From positions 25,109 to 89,108 of the forward strand of contig JAFATB010000015.1 of assembly GCA_019244185.1 (NCBI GenBank): DNA of 64,000 nucleotides, written 5' to 3'. The first letter of the stretch is position 1. Each line of letters starts with the position of its first letter. Position numbers and translations under genes: made by a program. The notes under the pieces were generated by a model. That model was not told the DNA's origin. It did no database searches and was given only the letters and a program-made list of their open reading frames with translations. Shown here one piece after another: positions 58,419-64,000 of the stretch. Origin of the DNA: Acidobacteriota bacterium. GTDB taxonomy: Bacteria > Acidobacteriota > Thermoanaerobaculia > Gp7-AA8.

Positions 58419-60848
58419 TTGAATCGTCCCATCCCGTTCCATCGTCCCAATCCCGATCCTTACCGCGCAGCATTCGAACGGCACCCGCATCCGATGTGGG
58501 TCTACGACGCCGACGACCTGTCGGTGCTCGCGGCCAACGCCGCCGCCGTCCGCCATTACGGCTACACCGCAGGCGAGCTGCATCGCCTGCGCATGCCCGA
58601 GCTCCATCCGCTTGCCGACGCCGATCGTGTAACCGGTTACTACGCCGGAACTCCGATGCCGGTGGGCAGGAAACGCGGCTGGACGCACCTCCGCAAGGAC
58701 GGCAGCACCCTCGAGGTGGAAACGATGCTCACGCCGCTCGCCGGCGCCGGCGCGGAGCTCCGCCTCCTCATCGCCGAAGACGTCACCGAGCGCAATCGCG
58801 CGCATCGCGCCCTGAAGGAAGCGAAGCAGCGCTACACCGCGCTCGTCGCCGACGCCTACGAGGCCATCTGTCTCGTCGACGCCGAAGGCCACATCCTCTA
58901 TCTCAGCCCGTCCCTCCACCGCATGTTCGGCTACGAGGACGAAGAGCTCCTCGGCCGCAACGGCTTCGCGCTCCTGCACCGTGACGACGTCACCCGCATC
59001 GAAGACCTGCGCCGAGAGCTCCTCGCGCGTCCCGGCACGACCGTCTCCTTCGAATGCCGCGCGCGGCGCCGCGACGGCCACTGGCGCTGGCTGCAAGGCA
59101 TCGCCGTGAACATGCTCACCGACCCGAGCGTCGCCGCGCTGGTGCTCAACTATCGCGACGTCACCGACCGCCGCCGCACCGAACAGGCGCTGCGCCAGGG
59201 CGAGCCCGCTGGCGGCGTCGACGACTGGTCGTTCGAGCTCGACATCCGCGGCTTCATCACCGCGAGCACTCCCGCCGTCGAGCGCATCCTCGGATACAAA
59301 CCGGCCGACGTCATCGGCCGCCATTTCACCGACTTTTACTTCGCCGAGTCGCGCGAGAAAGTGCGCGAGTTCTTCGCGCGCATCGTGACCGTGCGCAGCG
59401 GCTGGACGGATCTCGTCCAGCGCCTCCGCCACCGCGACGGCAGCGAATGTTTCGTCGAGGCGAGCGGCGTACCGCTCTTCGACGCGAGCGGCAACCTCAC
59501 CGGCTTTCGCGGCAGCGACCGCGACATCACCTCGCGCGCGCGGTTCGAGCAGCGCGTGCGGCACGGCTCGCGCCGCGATCCGCTGACCGGGCTGCCGAAC
59601 CGCCTCTTCTTTCAGGAACGGCTCGCGACCGTGTTGTCGTGCCTCGCGCGCAACGGCAGCGACGAGCACATGGCCGTGCTCTTCATCGACCTCGATCACT
59701 TCAAGCTCGTCAACGACACCTTCGGACACGCGGTTGGCGACAACGCGCTGCAGGTGATCGGCAGCATGATCCGCGCGATTGCCGGCGGCGACGACAACGT
59801 CGCGCGCGTGGGCGGCGACGAGCTCGCGGTCTTTCTCCCCGGCGTCTCCGGCATCGAGGAGGCAAGCGAGATCGCACGGAAGATCTTCCACACCATCGCG
59901 GTGCCGCTGGAGCTCGGCGGCAATCAGGTGCACGTCTCCGCGACGATCGGCATCAGCATCTCGCCGTGCGACGGCGACACCTCGTCGGCACTCTTCCGCA
60001 ACGCCGAGCACGCGATGCAGCGCGCGAAGGAGCTCGGCCGCTGCCGTATTCAGCACTTCACGCCCGAGATGCGCGAGGAGCAGGCGCGGCGTCTCGCGCT
60101 CGAATCCGAACTGCGCGGCGCGCTCGACCGCGGAGAACTGCTCCTGCACTACCAGCCGTTGGTCAACTCGTTGACTTTCGAGATGGTCGGCGTCGAGGCG
60201 CTGCTGCGCTGGCGTCACCCGACGCGCGGCCTGTTGTCGCCGGACGAGTTCATCGCCATCGCCGAGCGCAGCGGCGCGATCGTGCCGCTCGGCGCGTGGG
60301 CGCTGCGCCAGGCCTGCGTCGACCTGCAGCGCCTGCGCGCCGCCACCGGCCGCGAGCTCCGCGTCGCGGTCAATCTCTCCGCGCGGCAGTTGCAGGAGCC
60401 GGAACTGCTCGACTCCTTGCGCGCGATCGTGCGCGACACCGGCGTCGACCCGCGCAATGTCGAAGTGGAGATCACCGAAAGCGTCGCCATGCAGAACGCG
60501 CAGGCCACGCTGATGACGCTGCAACTGCTGAAGGAGATGGGCGTCTCGCTCGCCGTCGACGACTTCGGCACCGGCTACTCGTCGCTGCTCTACCTCACCC
60601 GCTTCCCGATCGACACGGTGAAGATCGACCGGCAGTTCGTCGGCAACGTGACGCACGATCCGAACGCCGCCGCCGTCGTCGGCGCGGTGGTCGCGCTCGC
60701 GCACAGCCTTCAGCTCAAGACCGTCGCCGAAGGCGTCGAGACGAGCGAGCAGCGCGACTTCCTGGCCGGACATCGCTGCGCGGAAATGCAGGGCTTTCTC
60801 TTCGCGCGGCCGGTACCGATCGAGACGCTGCTCGAGGCGTCAGCGTAG
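58419..60848 (+). CDS. PAS x3 - GGDEF - EAL c-di-GMP enzyme
   Basis: Three PAS/PAC units, DPLTGLPNR, GGDEL, EAL and DDFGTGYSS; TTG start is approximate. Confidence 0.92.
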   Translation: MNRPIPFHRPNPDPYRAAFERHPHPMWVYDADDLSVLAANAAAVRHYGYTAGELHRLRMPELHPLADADRVTGYYAGTPMPVGRKRGWTHLRKDGSTLEVETMLTPLAGAGAELRLLIAEDVTERNRAHRALKEAKQRYTALVADAYEAICLVDAEGHILYLSPSLHRMFGYEDEELLGRNGFALLHRDDVTRIEDLRRELLARPGTTVSFECRARRRDGHWRWLQGIAVNMLTDPSVAALVLNYRDVTDRRRTEQALRQGEPAGGVDDWSFELDIRGFITASTPAVERILGYKPADVIGRHFTDFYFAESREKVREFFARIVTVRSGWTDLVQRLRHRDGSECFVEASGVPLFDASGNLTGFRGSDRDITSRARFEQRVRHGSRRDPLTGLPNRLFFQERLATVLSCLARNGSDEHMAVLFIDLDHFKLVNDTFGHAVGDNALQVIGSMIRAIAGGDDNVARVGGDELAVFLPGVSGIEEASEIARKIFHTIAVPLELGGNQVHVSATIGISISPCDGDTSSALFRNAEHAMQRAKELGRCRIQHFTPEMREEQARRLALESELRGALDRGELLLHYQPLVNSLTFEMVGVEALLRWRHPTRGLLSPDEFIAIAERSGAIVPLGAWALRQACVDLQRLRAATGRELRVAVNLSARQLQEPELLDSLRAIVRDTGVDPRNVEVEITESVAMQNAQATLMTLQLLKEMGVSLAVDDFGTGYSSLLYLTRFPIDTVKIDRQFVGNVTHDPNAAAVVGAVVALAHSLQLKTVAEGVETSEQRDFLAGHRCAEMQGFLFARPVPIETLLEASA

Positions 60849-62006
60849 GTCTTCCCACAGCCGCACGTAGGTCTCGTAGCGGCCGCGATCGAGGGTCTCG
60901 TCCTCGACGCGGTCCTGCACCTCGCAGTCCGGCTCGTGGACGTGCGTGCAGTTCGTGAAGCGGCAGAGCTCCGCGTGCTCGGCGAACTCGGGGAAGTAGT
61001 CGCGCAATGACTCGCGATCGAGATCCCACAAGCCGAACTCGCGGATACCCGGCGTGTCGATGAGATACGTGCCGCTGCCGAAGTCGAAGAGCGTCGACGC
61101 GGTCGTCGTATGGCGGCCGGTGCCCCGTTTCTTGTGCAGCGTATTCGTCGCGAGTTGCAGCGATGCATCGAGCGCGTTGAGGATCGACGACTTGCCGACG
61201 CCGCTGTGGCCGACGAGCGCCGCCATCTTCCCTTCCGCCACGGCGCGCAGTTCCTCGAGCCCCTCGCCGGTCTTCGACGAGCAGGCGATGACGGGAACGC
61301 CGAGGTCGCGGTAGGGGGCGAGACGATCGAGCTCGTGCGCGCGGTCGGCGGGAGAGAGCAGATCGAGCTTGTTCACGCAGATCACCGGCTGCGCGCCGCC
61401 GCGCTGGATCGCGATCAGATAGCGGTCGATGAGACGCGGACGCAGCGGCGGCGCCTTGACGGAGACGACGTGAATGACGACGTCGATGTTCGCGGCGATC
61501 AGGCGCTGCAGGTGCGCGTGCAACGGATCGGGACGCGCGAGCACGGAGTGACGCGGCAGCACGGACGCGAGACGCCAGACGCCGTCGTCGTCCGTCACGC
61601 GCACGCGATCGCCGACGGCGAGCGAGCTGCGCTGGCGCACGGCCAGCTCCGGCGGCACGAGACAGTCAACCTCTTGACCTTCGAAGAAGACCCGGCACCG
61701 GCCGCTGGAAACGCTCATCACGATGCCGGCCTCGTCCCAGTCCGCGTCGTCGGTCTCGACTTCCTGCGACTGCGTTTCCTGCAAATGCGCGAGCATCGTT
61801 TCGATGGACGGGCGCTTGCGCGAGGGCCCGTGTTTGTCGAGCAGCTCTTCCCAGTTGTCCTCGGTGATGCGCGACTCGCGCACCTCCCCTTTCTCTTTTC
61901 CGCGGAGCGCGCGGCGCAGTTTTCCGGCCTGCTTGCGCGACTTCATCTCGTCGTACGGGACATGTTTTTCGATGTCCTTGAGATGCCGCTTGGTCGTGCG
62001 ATCCAT
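60840..62006 (-). CDS. rsgA: Ribosome small subunit-dependent GTPase A
   Basis: NKLD, GHSGVGKS, GRHTT, DTPG and CRFTNCTHVHEPDC zinc motif. Confidence 0.95.
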   Translation of the reverse strand: MDRTTKRHLKDIEKHVPYDEMKSRKQAGKLRRALRGKEKGEVRESRITEDNWEELLDKHGPSRKRPSIETMLAHLQETQSQEVETDDADWDEAGIVMSVSSGRCRVFFEGQEVDCLVPPELAVRQRSSLAVGDRVRVTDDDGVWRLASVLPRHSVLARPDPLHAHLQRLIAANIDVVIHVVSVKAPPLRPRLIDRYLIAIQRGGAQPVICVNKLDLLSPADRAHELDRLAPYRDLGVPVIACSSKTGEGLEELRAVAEGKMAALVGHSGVGKSSILNALDASLQLATNTLHKKRGTGRHTTTASTLFDFGSGTYLIDTPGIREFGLWDLDRESLRDYFPEFAEHAELCRFTNCTHVHEPDCEVQDRVEDETLDRGRYETYVRLWEDLR

Positions 62007-62054
62007 GGGTTACAATCCTAGTCCTGGTCCCCGACAAGAGTCCAAGGAGTCCAA

Positions 62055-62510
62055 GTGGAAAAGCCGTTCGTTTTAGTAGCGGACGATAACGAGGCAACGT
62101 GTACGCTCATCACGGCGTTGCTCCAGCACGAGTTCGCGGTCGACATCGTGACCGACGGTGCTGAGGCGCTGGAGAAGCTGAAGTCCCGGCAGTACGCGGC
62201 CATTCTGCTCGATCTCCTGATGCCGATGGTCGACGGCTATGCGGTGCTCGATGCCATCCGCGTGCAACGGCCCGACCTGCTGCGGCGCACGCTGGTCGTG
62301 ACGGCCTCGCTTTCCATGCGGACGACCGAGCGCCTCCGTCAGTACGACATCTGCGGCCTCGTCGCGAAACCGTTCGAAGTCGACGCGCTGCTCGCGGCCG
62401 TCCGCCAGTGCGCGGGCGAAGGCAGCGGCTCGACCGTGCGCGGACCGCTGCTCTCCAGCGGCATGATCCTGCTCCTCGGCGAACTGCTGCGGACGAAGTG
62501 GGTGCCGTAG
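62055..62510 (+). CDS. Single-domain response regulator with C-terminal tail
   Basis: VLVADD, LLDLLMP, T and KPF receiver motifs. Confidence 0.9.
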   Translation: MEKPFVLVADDNEATCTLITALLQHEFAVDIVTDGAEALEKLKSRQYAAILLDLLMPMVDGYAVLDAIRVQRPDLLRRTLVVTASLSMRTTERLRQYDICGLVAKPFEVDALLAAVRQCAGEGSGSTVRGPLLSSGMILLLGELLRTKWVP

Positions 62511-62514
62511 GCGC

Positions 62515-62979
62515 CTAAAACTTGTTCGACGCCCACCACGCGAACAGCGGCGCGCCGGAGAGCATCGTCGCCAGCGCCATCGTCTCGAACGCGCCGCGCC
62601 CGCGCAGATCGGCGCACGCGGCCACGACCGCCGAGACTTCCTGCGGATCGAACGGCTTCTTCACGATGCCGTGAATGAGCTTCGAGTCGAGCTGCTCGAT
62701 CATCATGCGATCGGCGCCGGTGACGACGAGAACGACCGGCGCCGCGAGCCCGTGGTCGCCGTGCAGCGTCTTCAATACCTCGAAGCCGTCCGTGACCGGC
62801 ATGAGCAGGTCGAGCAGGACGACCGAGTACGAATGCTCGCGCACCAGATCGATCGCTTCCCGCCCGTCCTCGGCCTGATCCACGACCAGCCCTCGCTGAC
62901 GGAGAGCGGTCACGAGAATCCCCCGGACGGTCGAGTCGTCGTCGACGACGAGTACCCTGCGATGCTGCTCGTTCGTCAT
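62515..62979 (-). CDS. Single-domain response regulator with C-terminal tail
   Basis: VLVVDDD, LLDLLMP, T and KPF receiver motifs; GAGGTG RBS. Confidence 0.9.
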   Translation of the reverse strand: MTNEQHRRVLVVDDDSTVRGILVTALRQRGLVVDQAEDGREAIDLVREHSYSVVLLDLLMPVTDGFEVLKTLHGDHGLAAPVVLVVTGADRMMIEQLDSKLIHGIVKKPFDPQEVSAVVAACADLRGRGAFETMALATMLSGAPLFAWWASNKF

Positions 62980-63040
62980 GCCACCTCGATGGAGCGGCGA
63001 TACTGATCTCGCGCGATCCTCATTGTCAACCTCTGCCACA

Positions 63041-64000
63041 TCAGACGTTCGGCGAAAGCCGCGGAGCGCGCGGCGGCGGATGCGCCATCCGCCGCAACGC
63101 CTCCTCGAAATCGCGCGCGGAGAGCGGCTGCGAACAGAGAAAGCCCTGGATTTCCGCGCATTGCTCGCGGCGGAGGAACGCCAACTGCTCCTCCGTCTCC
63201 ACGCCTTCGGCGATGACACGCAGGTTCAGTGCCCGCGCCATCGAGATCACCGCCGTGATGATGGCCGCGTCGTCCGCCGTGAGATCGCGCACGAAGTCCT
63301 GATCGATCTTCACCGTGTCGATCGGGAAGCGCTTGAGGTAGCTGAGCGACGAGTAGCCGGTGCCGAAGTCGTCGATCGACAGGCGCACCCCCATCTCCTT
63401 CAACCTCTTCATGATCGTCAGCGACAGCTCCGCGTTCTGCATGGCCGTCCCCTCGGTGATCTCGAGTTCCAGGTACTCCGCCTCCAGCCCGCTCTCGCCG
63501 AGCGTCTTCTCGATGAGCGACGCCAGGTCGCGCTGCTGGAACTGCCGCGGCGAAAGGTTGACCGCGATCCGCAGCGCGTGGCCCAGCTCGTGCCACTTCT
63601 TCATCTGCGCGCACGCCGTCTTGAGCACCCACTCCCCCATCGGGATGATGAGCCGGCTCTCCTCGGCCAGAGGAATGAAGTCCTCGGGATTCATCAGCCC
63701 GTTCTCGGGATGCTGCCAACGAATGAGAGCCTCCGCGGCGACGAGCTTGTTCGTCCCGATCTCGATCATCGGCTGGTAGTGGACGACGAACTCCTGCCGG
63801 TCGACGGCGCGATGCAAACTCCGCTCGAGCGACAGCCGTCCGTTCATGGCATCAAACGTCGAGGGCGTCGCGTACTGGTAGTTGTTGCGGCCGGCTTCCT
63901 TCGCCCGGTACATGGCCCCGTCGGAGTTCTTCAGCAACATCTCCGCGTCGAGTCCATCGTCGGGGAAGATGGCGATGCCGATCGACGTCGTCACGAAAAG
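63041..64000 (-). CDS. GGDEF-EAL c-di-GMP enzyme, 5' part outside window
   Basis: End of GGDEF domain (SIGIAIFP...AMYRAK), then EAL and DDFGTGYSS. Confidence 0.93.
   Translation of the reverse strand, partial: LFVTTSIGIAIFPDDGLDAEMLLKNSDGAMYRAKEAGRNNYQYATPSTFDAMNGRLSLERSLHRAVDRQEFVVHYQPMIEIGTNKLVAAEALIRWQHPENGLMNPEDFIPLAEESRLIIPMGEWVLKTACAQMKKWHELGHALRIAVNLSPRQFQQRDLASLIEKTLGESGLEAEYLELEITEGTAMQNAELSLTIMKRLKEMGVRLSIDDFGTGYSSLSYLKRFPIDTVKIDQDFVRDLTADDAAIITAVISMARALNLRVIAEGVETEEQLAFLRREQCAEIQGFLCSQPLSARDFEEALRRMAHPPPRAPRLSPNV

Noticed and set aside
62038-62055. 9-bp tandem duplication GAGTCCAAG x2
   Set aside because: Only two copies, spanning the RBS of the response regulator; no evidence of an array or target-site duplication.

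Overview
High-GC, gene-dense bacterial chromosomal window with about 67 CDS. I found no rRNA, tRNA, CRISPR array or transposase. The gene content (lipid A/Kdo genes, a Pro/GGV-repeat TonB, a Hanks kinase with a TolB-like propeller, tandem secreted 'PVVGSTxGAxG' proteins) suggests an Acidobacteriota organism, possibly Thermoanaerobaculia; this taxonomy is inference. Housekeeping genes include glpX, glnII, ligD, pepQ, purH, kdsC, prfB (with its +1 frameshift), lnt, pdhABC, ruvC, trmB and rsgA. These are interspersed with a surface-glycosylation cluster, c-di-GMP and PP2C signalling genes, and two toxin-antitoxin-like pairs. The most striking element is at 54963-57615: an ECF sigma factor translationally coupled to a cytoplasmic TPR protein, whose stop codon overlaps the stop of a convergent 66-aa secreted pre-peptide, plus a divergent unknown gene. 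The layout resembles Rap/Phr (RRNPP) peptide signalling, but in a diderm and wired to a sigma factor. Other leads are an orphan PafA/Dop-like ligase under a sigma54-type promoter, a candidate sigma54 small RNA, a TIR/NDT-like effector, a kinase coupled to LigD, and widespread apparent leaderless transcription. All functional calls come from motif recognition by eye, with no database searches.
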